Source: an uncultured virus (IMG/VR IMGVR_UViG_3300027406_000071) (taxonomy: Duplodnaviria; Heunggongvirae; Uroviricota; Caudoviricetes). Taken from it: a stretch of DNA of 20,000 nt. The notes under the pieces are model-generated. The model saw only the letters and a program-made list of their open reading frames with translations. It made no database searches and was not told the origin of the DNA. The translations under genes and the position numbers were made by a program. The stretch lies in IMG/VR virus record IMGVR_UViG_3300027406_000071; one strand, written 5' to 3'. Of this stretch, positions 7,720 through 15,372 are shown piece after piece. Each line of letters begins with the position of its first letter. Within the stretch, counting starts at the first letter, position 1.

Positions 7720-7781
7720 TGGAACAGATTCTACCACAGGACGGGGGCCCATAACAGTGGTTAGATATAGAACCTGCTCCA
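7720..7781 (-). ncRNA. Candidate small structured RNA or 5' leader hairpin upstream of the methyltransferase
   Basis: GGAGCAGGTTCTA/TAGAATCTGTTCC 13-bp stem with two G-U pairs; inner CCAC/GTGG helix; followed by TTTTTT; GC-rich relative to surroundings. Confidence 0.5.
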
Positions 7782-7810
7782 ATAATATATTTATCATGGT
7801 TTTATTTCAT

Positions 7811-7835
7811 AAAAAAGCCTCTCGTTTGAGAGGCT
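7811..7835 (-). terminator. Intrinsic terminator downstream of tRNA-Ala
   Basis: AGCCTCTC-AAAC-GAGAGGCT followed by a T run on the minus strand. Confidence 0.85.
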
Positions 7836-7842
7836 AATTTCG

Positions 7843-7950
<108 letters not shown>

Positions 7951-7960
7951 AATAAAAAAA

Positions 7961-8359
7961 GGAAGGATCGTGTACTAAGGTATACTAGCCTTAGAAGATC
8001 GACTTATTGTGTTGATTACTGCATACCAATCAACTTTACTATTATTTCAAGTTCTACTCAAGATGGTTAAATCTCGTTGTAGTGCCACAACGGCTTTGAT
8101 TGTACTTTATCCCCTAATAAGACAGGATGTTCAGTCACTTAGGCAAGGCTTCCTCTCGGGTACTTGCAATGCTCTTAGAAAGATTAGTTTAGATATCTTT
8201 CCCGATCTACCACCTTCTACTCTGTCGAGTCTTAGTTACGCACTTTTGCAACTAAGCCGGAACTTGTCCGATGTCTAGTGTGCCTTAATCCCTCTTTCCG
8301 TCAGGATTTTTTCGGCAATACACTCACATTATCAATGATCAATATCTAATGTGCCTTCC
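7961..8359 (-). ncRNA. Candidate large (~400 nt) structured noncoding RNA, family unassigned
   Basis: Ends pair (GGAAGG/CCTTCC); about ten local helices, GNRA-capped hairpins and a long-range helix; no minus-strand ORF of 60 aa or more; followed by a T7 run; adjacent to a tRNA. Confidence 0.75.
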
Positions 8360-8363
8360 AATA

Positions 8364-8374
8364 TTTTAAAGAAC
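8364..8374 (-). promoter_or_regulatory. boxA-like element GTTCTTTAAAA just upstream of the ncRNA/tRNA unit
   Basis: Resembles the rrn antitermination boxA (TGCTCTTTAACA); lies immediately 5' of the RNA candidate. Confidence 0.45.
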
Positions 8375-8414
8375 GTTTCCTTGGTACTTTATATATACCA
8401 ATTAATATTTGGTA

Positions 8415-8591
8415 CTATGCTTTGTTTGCTGCACTTACTGCAACTCTTACGTCTTGTGCTAATCCTTTGATTACTTGCATAGCCTTACGTACTCTTGTAC
8501 CTGCTGCTTTGTTTCCTTTTTCTGAGAATTTTGCTGCATCCTCTTGGATGTTAGTCAATTCTTCTTGGATTTGATTTAATAATTCTGTCAT
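8415..8591 (-). CDS. Histone H1-like (Hc1 family) nucleoid protein, 58 aa
   Basis: Hand-translated MTELLNQIQEELTNIQEDAAKFSEKGNKAAGTRVRKAMQVIKGLAQDVRVAVSAANKA; KGNKAAGTRxRK is the Hc1 signature. Confidence 0.88.
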   Translation of the reverse strand: MTELLNQIQEELTNIQEDAAKFSEKGNKAAGTRVRKAMQVIKGLAQDVRVAVSAANKA

Positions 8592-8617
8592 AATATTTGT
8601 TTTTTAAATTTATACCT

Positions 8618-8647
8618 GTTATACTCTGCTAAATTGATTTGTTTCAA
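8618..8647 (-). promoter_or_regulatory. Class II promoter-like motif TTGAAA-N18-TATAAC
   Basis: Matches the copies at 2939, 9734 and 16311. Confidence 0.65.
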
Positions 8648-8653
8648 CTTTTT

Positions 8654-8860
8654 TTAATCTTTTTTACTTTCTCCGATTACTGTTACTGATTTTACATTTT
8701 CATCAGATGCTAATATATGATTAGCGTATGCTTCTGTGTTTTTAATATTGGAATAAATTCTCTTTTCTAGAGTTTTATATTCTACTTCAACATCCCATCC
8801 TCCTGGAACAAGACTTTTTGAATTAGTTCTATACTCATCACTTATATAATATCCTTCCAT
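8654..8860 (-). CDS. Hypothetical protein
   Basis: 68-aa ORF in the minus-strand run. Confidence 0.7.
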   Translation of the reverse strand: MEGYYISDEYRTNSKSLVPGGWDVEVEYKTLEKRIYSNIKNTEAYANHILASDENVKSVTVIGESKKD

Positions 8861-8861
8861 A

Positions 8862-9029
8862 TTATTGTTTTTTTAATAAGATCCATAAAAATAAATATAC
8901 TAGTGAGCTTGATGGAACTAATAAGAATATGATTCTCCATGCGAGTGCTGATGTATCTGACCATCTTGCGATTCCTCCACAAACTCCTCCTAAATACCTA
9001 TTGTTTTTATTTCTTTTTATTGTTGTCAT
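8862..9029 (-). CDS. pspC: PspC domain protein, 55 aa
   Basis: Hand-translated MTTIKRNKNNRYLGGVCGGIARWSD...WRIIFLL...YLFLWILL; R-x-x-GGVCGGIA and Y-x-x-LW motifs. Confidence 0.85.
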   Translation of the reverse strand: MTTIKRNKNNRYLGGVCGGIARWSDTSALAWRIIFLLVPSSSLVYLFLWILLKKQ

Positions 9030-9141
9030 TTTTGTCTTCTATTATATTACCGTAATCATCCATAAGTGGAGCATTTTTGATTTCTTTAAATATCCAAACC
9101 CATACTAAACCGAATATAATTCCTGCTATTGTCATGCTCAT
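9007..9141 (-). CDS. 44-aa membrane microprotein (MSMTIAGIIFGLVWVWIFKEIKNAP...)
   Basis: Hand-translated; ATGA overlap with the upstream gene. Confidence 0.6.
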   Translation of the reverse strand: MSMTIAGIIFGLVWVWIFKEIKNAPLMDDYGNIIEDKNDNNKKK

Positions 9142-9341
9142 TGTGTTTTATTTTGAGTTCCTGTTATTTGATATGCTTCATGTAGCTTATCTTGAGCTGC
9201 ACTAACTAGATCTTTTATTTCTGTTTCTATTTTAGCTACTGGATGTTGTTGTAAATGATCATCTATCATAGACATAATTACATGTAATCTATCCAACATT
9301 TCATGATAATGAAACTGATCTAATTTAGGTTTTTGGCTCAT
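9138..9341 (-). CDS. Hypothetical protein
   Basis: 67-aa ORF with ATGA overlaps. Confidence 0.75.
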   Translation of the reverse strand: MSQKPKLDQFHYHEMLDRLHVIMSMIDDHLQQHPVAKIETEIKDLVSAAQDKLHEAYQITGTQNKTQ

Positions 9342-9538
9342 ATATTTCTAGATAAGATTTTAGCGTCTTCTTCTTTCACTAATTGATCTATATCTGTCCA
9401 ACATAATTCTATCTCATGTGTTTCTGGACTTCCTTCTTCAATTTCCATAATACACAGATCTAATAAACCTTGTATATCACTTTCTAGAACTGGATATTTT
9501 TTAATAACTTCGTTTGCGTACTCTATTAAATTAGTCAT
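9338..9538 (-). CDS. Hypothetical protein (MTNLIEYANEV...)
   Basis: Start moved to 9538, after the upstream small ORF stop. Confidence 0.7.
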   Translation of the reverse strand: MTNLIEYANEVIKKYPVLESDIQGLLDLCIMEIEEGSPETHEIELCWTDIDQLVKEEDAKILSRNI

Positions 9539-9540
9539 AT

Positions 9541-9714
9541 TTATAAAATTATCTGTGTTAATGCCCATAATAAAAATGCAACTAATCCTGTTTTAATAAC
9601 ATAATCATTTACTTTATAATTATTTTCAACTTGTCTTTTAGATCTTCCTTGCCACTCGTTAGGATCCCATTCTTTAGTTCTTGATTTAAAGATATTTGGT
9701 TTTGTCTTACTCAT
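9541..9714 (-). CDS. 57-aa protein with C-terminal transmembrane helix (MSKTKPNIF...WQGRSKRQVENNYK...)
   Basis: Hand-translated; follows the class II promoter motif at 9734-9763. Confidence 0.7.
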   Translation of the reverse strand: MSKTKPNIFKSRTKEWDPNEWQGRSKRQVENNYKVNDYVIKTGLVAFLLWALTQIIL

Positions 9715-9733
9715 GTTTTGTTGATTGTTTATA

Positions 9734-9763
9734 TTTATATTAAGATTATTTAATTTGTTTCAC
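9734..9763 (-). promoter_or_regulatory. Class II promoter-like motif GTGAAA-N18-TATAAA
   Basis: Matches the other three copies in sequence and spacing. Confidence 0.6.
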
Positions 9764-10440
9764 TATAATTTGTGGATGAATGGAACACCATTTTTAATTG
9801 TCATGTACTCATATGGGAGTGCGTCAACAAAATAATGATTATCATCATAGTCAATTAATGACATATTAGTATGTCCAACGATTTGTACAATAGTATCGTT
9901 AAGAGGATTACGTCTTAGGGCTTGAGGTCTAATCCACATTGGACCTTCACCATCATAATTACCATACATTTCCATGCCACTGTGATTAAACGATCTCTTA
10001 TCATAAGACCAAAGATCATTAATTTGTTCTGGGATATTACCACCTTCTGGGAAATTGGTGTCATACCACACTTTCGAAACGCCAGCATGTGTAAATAAAA
10101 ACTTATCTACCTGATATGCTACTTGTAAATGTTCTTTAGTTTCTTTTAAGAGTTCACCAATTTCTGGTGCGTGCCATACATTATATCCACCATATCTTCC
10201 ACCACAATCTGACATATAGTGAAAGTCATGATTACCGATCAGCATAGTTACTTTAACATCAGTAGATTCCTTCCATGCAATAATCTCTTTGTAATTATAG
10301 ATTTGTTCTACATGTGGAATTGAGAATGAATCAAAGTAGTCTCCAATAAATACAAACTCTGTGGCATCAGGATTTAACTCGATAAGTTTCTTCCAACTAT
10401 CGTGTCCGTGAATGTCTCCTATTACTACTATTTTGTTCAT
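9763..10440 (-). CDS. Calcineurin-like metallophosphoesterase
   Basis: GDIHG, GDYFD, GNHD, THAG and VGHT motifs. Confidence 0.92.
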   Translation of the reverse strand: MNKIVVIGDIHGHDSWKKLIELNPDATEFVFIGDYFDSFSIPHVEQIYNYKEIIAWKESTDVKVTMLIGNHDFHYMSDCGGRYGGYNVWHAPEIGELLKETKEHLQVAYQVDKFLFTHAGVSKVWYDTNFPEGGNIPEQINDLWSYDKRSFNHSGMEMYGNYDGEGPMWIRPQALRRNPLNDTIVQIVGHTNMSLIDYDDNHYFVDALPYEYMTIKNGVPFIHKL

Positions 10441-10619
10441 TTGAATTTCTTTTTAAAAATAATTAATTTTAATTGAATATAAAACTTAAGATCATAATAC
10501 CATCTAAACTTTCTTCGCCTTTTTGCTTTTTTGAGCCAACTCTCATCTTTATAGGATATTCTTTCTATCCAACTTGTAACTGATTCGTCTTCTCTTCGAG
10601 CGTGGCGATGTTTAGTCAT
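10437..10619 (-). CDS. Small basic hypothetical protein (MTKHRHARRE...)
   Basis: Start moved to 10619; ATGA overlap with the phosphoesterase. Confidence 0.6.
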   Translation of the reverse strand: MTKHRHARREDESVTSWIERISYKDESWLKKAKRRRKFRWYYDLKFYIQLKLIIFKKKFK

Positions 10620-10758
10620 CTCTGTTCTTGTGTTTTTTTGTGCGTCTATACTTTTTCTTATTTCTAACTGGAGTAGGCATACGAAGAGCATCCAACCACT
10701 CTTGTAGTGTTAGATTTACTTCTTTTAATTTTTTGCCTTTATTTTCCATGATTGTCAT
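10612..10758 (-). CDS. 48-aa basic protein (MTIMENKG...RNKKKYRRTKKHKNRDD)
   Basis: Hand-translated; fills the gap. Confidence 0.6.
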   Translation of the reverse strand: MTIMENKGKKLKEVNLTLQEWLDALRMPTPVRNKKKYRRTKKHKNRDD

Positions 10759-10867
10759 TATTTTTTGGTCTAACTAAACAATTAACACAAATGTTAGTTA
10801 ATAATAAACCACTTGGTATATTGTCTCCACATATATTACACGTTTCGTGATACTCTTTACTTTCCAT
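10739..10867 (-). CDS. 42-aa putative zinc-binding microprotein (CNIC...CVNC)
   Basis: Hand-translated MESKEYHETCNICGDNIPSGLLLTNICVNCLVRPKNNDNHGK; two CxxC pairs. Confidence 0.55.
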   Translation of the reverse strand: MESKEYHETCNICGDNIPSGLLLTNICVNCLVRPKNNDNHGK

Positions 10868-11132
10868 ATTTATTTCTTTCCCATCCTCCAAGTGGCATTA
10901 TTTCTTCACCTGTTCCCATTGGCGCTTTCTCATTTACCCATTCTTCTTTTCCAGTTGAGATTCCCATAATTTTAATATTATCATTACCTGAAATAAGTTT
11001 AGCTTTTTCAATAGCTTCGGCGTTATTTTCAGCCATCACGCAAATCGTAAAATCTTGGAACTTATTAAATGCTCGTTCTCTATGATCTTCGTCATAATAA
11101 TGTAAATAATATATTACAGTTGGTTTTTTCAT
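10857..11132 (-). CDS. Hypothetical protein
   Basis: 91-aa ORF. Confidence 0.7.
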   Translation of the reverse strand: MKKPTVIYYLHYYDEDHRERAFNKFQDFTICVMAENNAEAIEKAKLISGNDNIKIMGISTGKEEWVNEKAPMGTGEEIMPLGGWERNKYGK

Positions 11133-11173
11133 AAATCTATACTGTTCTTTGGTTTAGAGACATTTTTTATATG

Positions 11174-11416
11174 CTACTTTTTAAATTTGGTTTCATATTT
11201 GATTCTTTTTTTCAATTCAGCTTGACCTTCTGGTGAAAAGTTATATATTAACTCTCTGAGATCTTGTTCATTTAGAGTGTCCATATATACTGGATTGAAT
11301 GGCATTTTTTGCTCTTTACAGATTTCTTCAAATTCTAAAAGTAAAGTAGCTTTGGTGTTTAAACCTTTTAAAAGTTCTTTTTCTCTAGGGGTAATGTATT
11401 TTTCGTTTTCTGACAT
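11174..11416 (-). CDS. Hypothetical protein (MSENEKYITP...)
   Basis: Start moved to 11416 to avoid overlap. Confidence 0.7.
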   Translation of the reverse strand: MSENEKYITPREKELLKGLNTKATLLLEFEEICKEQKMPFNPVYMDTLNEQDLRELIYNFSPEGQAELKKRIKYETKFKK

Positions 11417-11426
11417 GTTATATGAA

Positions 11427-11795
11427 TTAATTTGATTGATTATTTTTTTTGGTATTACGATAATTAACAACTGCTTTTGCAAGGCGATCCATGCGTTCTT
11501 TAGGATCTTGAATCATCACACGTGCTGTGGTTTCGTAAATTTTACCATTGTAAGATGATTTGTAGTAACCTTTGCGCTGTGGATTTAATTGATAGATGGT
11601 TTCATGAAATTTACCACCATAATAAGACCTGGCAGCAGATGATAGTAACTTAGTTTTGTAACTTCTGCGAATATAACCACTTTCATAAGAAAGATAGTCA
11701 CAATTTGTAATTGGGTCATGATAACATATTGTACCATTGTCAGCTTGTCGTTGTGAAGTTACTTCAACACATTTAAGAGATTGTAATTTGTTCAT
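11427..11795 (-). CDS. Hypothetical protein
   Basis: 122-aa ORF downstream of a class I promoter motif. Confidence 0.75.
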   Translation of the reverse strand: MNKLQSLKCVEVTSQRQADNGTICYHDPITNCDYLSYESGYIRRSYKTKLLSSAARSYYGGKFHETIYQLNPQRKGYYKSSYNGKIYETTARVMIQDPKERMDRLAKAVVNYRNTKKNNQSN

Positions 11796-11820
11796 TTTTA
11801 TTTGTTTTGATTAATACTCT

Positions 11821-11855
11821 ACTAATATACCAAAAAATATTGACATAAAAAAATC
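11821..11855 (-). promoter_or_regulatory. Class I promoter-like repeat
   Basis: ACTAATATAC-N10-TGACATAAAAAAATC on the + strand. Confidence 0.8.
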
Positions 11856-12217
11856 TATGCTAATATTTTTTCACTTTTTTTAGCCTTAATGTGTTTACAA
11901 TCTCCTCTAAAGAAATTCATTGCTGGACAATTACATCCCCAAACACCGTTTGTTTCAGTAACATCATAGAATTTTCCAGGCTTAGAAGACTCTACTTTCC
12001 ATGATCTGTTTTCAGTTTTAGTTTTAGTGATCACTGACACAGGTTTTGGTTTTTCTATTTTAGTACTTTTGTCAAACTTAATCTGATCTCTAGTAGTTCC
12101 TTTAGGAACCGGGTGCCAACCTGGACATACATAAGTAGCATCAACTGTATTTACTATAGCAAATACGTCGCCATAACAATTATCGTAAGGGAATGTAAAA
12201 GTAGAAGTGTTTGACAT
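11855..12217 (-). CDS. SWIM zinc-finger protein
   Basis: Y-x-V...WGCNCP...CKH (CxC...CxH) motif at the C-terminus. Confidence 0.8.
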   Translation of the reverse strand: MSNTSTFTFPYDNCYGDVFAIVNTVDATYVCPGWHPVPKGTTRDQIKFDKSTKIEKPKPVSVITKTKTENRSWKVESSKPGKFYDVTETNGVWGCNCPAMNFFRGDCKHIKAKKSEKILA

Positions 12218-12229
12218 AATTTGTGTTTG

Positions 12230-12304
12230 GTGAGGTATTAACCTCCATTAGTATACTACTAATATACCACAAATAAATGACATAAAAAAATCTGGGTGAT
12301 TTAT
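12230..12304 (-). promoter_or_regulatory. Class I promoter-like repeat plus leader hairpin GAGGT-TAAT-ACCTC
   Basis: 63 bp (12230-12292) match 19895-19957 with 3 mismatches; the distal part also matches 7096-7124. Confidence 0.82.
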
Positions 12305-12321
12305 TTTTAAAAAAGTTTCAA

Positions 12322-12729
12322 TTAAAATTTATCGGAGAATATATCTTCTATGTCTTCGTGAATTTCTTCAGCAGTTACATCTAATTCTAACATAATGTTT
12401 GCACGATATGTTAATTCTTTACTTCCGTTATTGAATACTAAAATAGTTGGAATAGATCTTACCTTGTATTTCTTTTTAAGATCTGGGTATTTTTCAATAT
12501 CTACTCTGTAATATGTTCCATCTTCTATTGCTTCCCATTCTGAAAATGGCTCAACAAAAGAGGCTACAAATTCTACAATAACTATACCTGTATTAATAGA
12601 CTTGCTAAATGTGTCAGAAGTTAAATACTTTGGTTCTCCCTCAGTTATTCCTGCATTAGTTGAATCTGCTATCGTAGACGATGCCATTAATCCAAATGCT
12701 AATAAAAATACAATTACTATCTTTTTCAT
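12322..12729 (-). CDS. Exported thioredoxin-fold protein lacking CXXC
   Basis: Signal peptide; IVIVEFVASF in place of VDFWAxWC; KYKVRSIPTILVF; no cysteines. Confidence 0.75.
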   Translation of the reverse strand: MKKIVIVFLLAFGLMASSTIADSTNAGITEGEPKYLTSDTFSKSINTGIVIVEFVASFVEPFSEWEAIEDGTYYRVDIEKYPDLKKKYKVRSIPTILVFNNGSKELTYRANIMLELDVTAEEIHEDIEDIFSDKF

Positions 12730-12731
12730 AA

Positions 12732-13841
12732 TTATCTAAATTGGAAGTTTAAGCCAGCTTTAGCAGTAAATACTTGTCTATCCCAATATTGTAGATAATT
12801 CATTTCTGCAAAAACACCTAACTTCTTTGTTATTTTCCATCCTGTCATTGCACCGATTGTAAAATCAGTCCATTGCGCATCTTCTCCTTCACTAATAAAC
12901 TTACCATAAGAAAAGTCTTTGTTACCCATAACCTGTTGGTGATATGGCATAACTGAAGTGTAAATGTGTGCCCAGTTATTTCCATCTTGTGAATAATGAT
13001 AAAAATCTAATCCAATTACTGGAGATATTGTACCAAGATCTTCAATTTGTATAAGTCTTTCTCTATTAAAGTCATTTACAATACCACCGAATACATTAGT
13101 TCTAAAATCTAAATCTGTATCTGAAACTCTCTCACCATTTTCATCATTCCAAAAGAAATCAAAGTTATCTAATTCTCCATCGTTATCATAATCGATACCA
13201 TAATAGTTATCATTGTAACCATTGTCGTATGCTAATTGCCACCATGGATTATCATCTAAGTAATCTGCAATTGGTAAGTAACCATAAGGTCTATGTGTTC
13301 TAAATGCAGCACCGATAGAAAGGTTAAGTTTTTTACCTATTGGTTTTCTCCATCTAAGATCTACTGCCCTGTAATCCAAATCTGCAAGACCATCTTGCAT
13401 TTGTTCTAGTTTAAAGATAAAGTTATCTCCTAAATATCTAAGAAATATATCTTCTCTTGTGTATTCATTACCAAACTGTCTTGCCCATTCCCATTGGAAT
13501 TTATATTCCCAACCTTTAACAGCACCTATATTAGAACTTAATCCTGTTTGGATTTCTGTACCATCATAGAACGCATTAGGTTTATTCTCATAATCAAATC
13601 TTGCAACCTTTCTAATACCAAAACCATAAGAATAATTAGTTTCAGCATCTGGTGTAACATCAAATAGTTCTCCACCTTGATCTACGAAATAAGTTTTTTG
13701 TGTGCTAGTTTGTGGTTGTGCTTCTCCAGCAACTCCATAAATAGTAGAGTATTTAAAGAATTTCTTAACCTTCTTTGTAATCTGTGCGTCCGCAGTACTA
13801 AATGATACCAACGCGATAATAAGTAATAATAGTTTTTTCAT
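12732..13841 (-). CDS. Exported protein, possible outer-membrane beta-barrel
   Basis: Signal peptide MKKLLLLIIALVSFSTADA (start moved to 13841); aromatic-rich alternating strands; C-terminal AKAGLNFQFR; DYDNDG loop. Confidence 0.65.
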   Translation of the reverse strand: MKKLLLLIIALVSFSTADAQITKKVKKFFKYSTIYGVAGEAQPQTSTQKTYFVDQGGELFDVTPDAETNYSYGFGIRKVARFDYENKPNAFYDGTEIQTGLSSNIGAVKGWEYKFQWEWARQFGNEYTREDIFLRYLGDNFIFKLEQMQDGLADLDYRAVDLRWRKPIGKKLNLSIGAAFRTHRPYGYLPIADYLDDNPWWQLAYDNGYNDNYYGIDYDNDGELDNFDFFWNDENGERVSDTDLDFRTNVFGGIVNDFNRERLIQIEDLGTISPVIGLDFYHYSQDGNNWAHIYTSVMPYHQQVMGNKDFSYGKFISEGEDAQWTDFTIGAMTGWKITKKLGVFAEMNYLQYWDRQVFTAKAGLNFQFR

Positions 13842-13842
13842 G

Positions 13843-14136
13843 TTATCTGTTACGAAGATGTTTTTCAATTGCCTTTAAATCCTCTTTCATTTCTTCTACA
13901 TCTTCTTGTGTATTTAATATTGTAGAACGTACTAACTCATCTTTGAGTTCATATTCAGTTCTAGAAATGTTAGGAGCTGGTAGAGTTTTAGCTGCTTCTA
14001 TCTCATCTCTCATATCATCGAGTTGAGCTTGGAATGCGAACCAAAAACTTACCACTGTTGTGATTGCCACAGCTATTGCGATTAGTGTTTTTACACTAAC
14101 TTTAATTCCGCTGTCTTCATTTAATTCTTTTGCCAT
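13843..14136 (-). CDS. Single-pass membrane protein with coiled-coil
   Basis: Helix LIAIAVAITTVVSFWFAF followed by heptad-like acidic helices. Confidence 0.75.
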   Translation of the reverse strand: MAKELNEDSGIKVSVKTLIAIAVAITTVVSFWFAFQAQLDDMRDEIEAAKTLPAPNISRTEYELKDELVRSTILNTQEDVEEMKEDLKAIEKHLRNR

Positions 14137-14202
14137 TGTATAACAATGTATTTTTTATGCATAATGCTACAATGTATATATCTTGTAAAATACTTATTTG
14201 AT

Positions 14203-15372
14203 CTAAATAAGACTTCTGAACTTCTCTGCTTCTATTTGATTGATCTTATCGGATATTGCAGATCCTTTTAAGCCAAACTTTTTCATGACATCTCCACCTT
14301 TGGTTGATGGTTTATATTTAAAGAACACTTTTAAAGTTTTAGTGTCGAGTTTATTAATTTTTGCAAATTCTAGAATAGTTTTGGTGTCTAATTTAGAAGA
14401 TATTTGAATCTTCATATATTGTTTATGTAAATTAAATACATCATTTATATCAAACGTCATTAAACTCTTTAGGAATAATATTGAATCAATTTCACCGTTT
14501 GTAAACGATGCTTTATTTAATTCCTTCTGTATTGTATCATTATCATTATTACTAAATAGAATTGCAATCTGTACTATCCAATTGTTAGTGTTAATAAACT
14601 TTTCGTTAATTTGTAAAGATGGAAACATGATTGACCACAAATTAAATTCTGATACCATGTTTAAATAACTCTTTGCTGATTTTGCAGAAACAATAGATTT
14701 CTTAAATTCATCTCTAATTCTTTCAGAACTAATACCTTCTAAACTATTATCGATTAAAATAGCATCTGCAGTTTCTTTTTCTAATTTTGATCCTGTTCTA
14801 CCTGCAAATCGCAACGCCCTTAATTTTCTAAGTGGATCTTCTGCAAATCTATCTGCGGCGACACCAACTGTTCTAATTTTTGAGTTTTTTATATCATCTA
14901 AACCTCCAACTAAATCTACAATCTCTTTTCTGCCCATATCATAAAATAGTGCATTAATTGTTAGATCTCTTCTTAATACATCTTTATCAATTGTAGAATA
15001 TTCCACTGCATCTGGTCTTCTTCCCTTTCCAACATCTTCTCTAAATGTTGCAATCTCAACACCCGCTGGATCCGAAGGTACATTTACAATAACTACTCCA
15101 AATTGATGACCAACTTCTCCAGTAGTTGAGTAACCAGCGTTAGTAACAATATCTATAACTTCTGCAGGAAACGCATCAGTTGCCAAATCAAAATCCTTTG
15201 GCTTTTTACCTAGCAATGCATCTCTCACTGCACCACCCACAATAAACAATTCCTTGCCATTTTGTTTAAATAGTTTATGCAATTCTAAAATATCCTTTGG
15301 AACATTTAATTTAAGAGAATTGTTGGCTTCTAATAAAAGCTTAAAATTTTTAAATGATTCTACTAATCTCAT
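14203..15372 (-). CDS. cca: CCA tRNA nucleotidyltransferase (class II)
   Basis: VGGAVRD, KDFDLAT, EIATFR, RRDLTINAL, EDPLRKLRALRF and ERIRDEF motifs. Confidence 0.9.
   Translation of the reverse strand: MRLVESFKNFKLLLEANNSLKLNVPKDILELHKLFKQNGKELFIVGGAVRDALLGKKPKDFDLATDAFPAEVIDIVTNAGYSTTGEVGHQFGVVIVNVPSDPAGVEIATFREDVGKGRRPDAVEYSTIDKDVLRRDLTINALFYDMGRKEIVDLVGGLDDIKNSKIRTVGVAADRFAEDPLRKLRALRFAGRTGSKLEKETADAILIDNSLEGISSERIRDEFKKSIVSAKSAKSYLNMVSEFNLWSIMFPSLQINEKFINTNNWIVQIAILFSNNDNDTIQKELNKASFTNGEIDSILFLKSLMTFDINDVFNLHKQYMKIQISSKLDTKTILEFAKINKLDTKTLKVFFKYKPSTKGGDVMKKFGLKGSAISDKINQIEAEKFRSLI

Noticed and set aside
7720..7781. preQ1 riboswitch (AGGTTCTA) or SRP RNA identity
   Set aside because: It lacks the preQ1 short stem with A-rich tail and the SRP GNRA-capped conserved loop in the orientation supported by G-U pairs.
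8009..8278. + strand 89-aa ORF
   Set aside because: It opposes every other gene, has a non-ATG start and no recognisable motifs, and the region is better explained as structured RNA.
7961..8359. RNase P RNA (CGGCTTA and GAGGAAG motifs), tmRNA or group I intron identity
   Set aside because: The motifs are in the wrong order, CTTAG is used in a local hairpin, there are no tRNA-like ends, and there is no interrupted host gene or clear intron core.
11350..11363. CTTTGGTGTTTAAA, a near match to the cassette junction core
   Set aside because: It has an extra T, lies mid-ORF and has no linked start or stop; probably chance.
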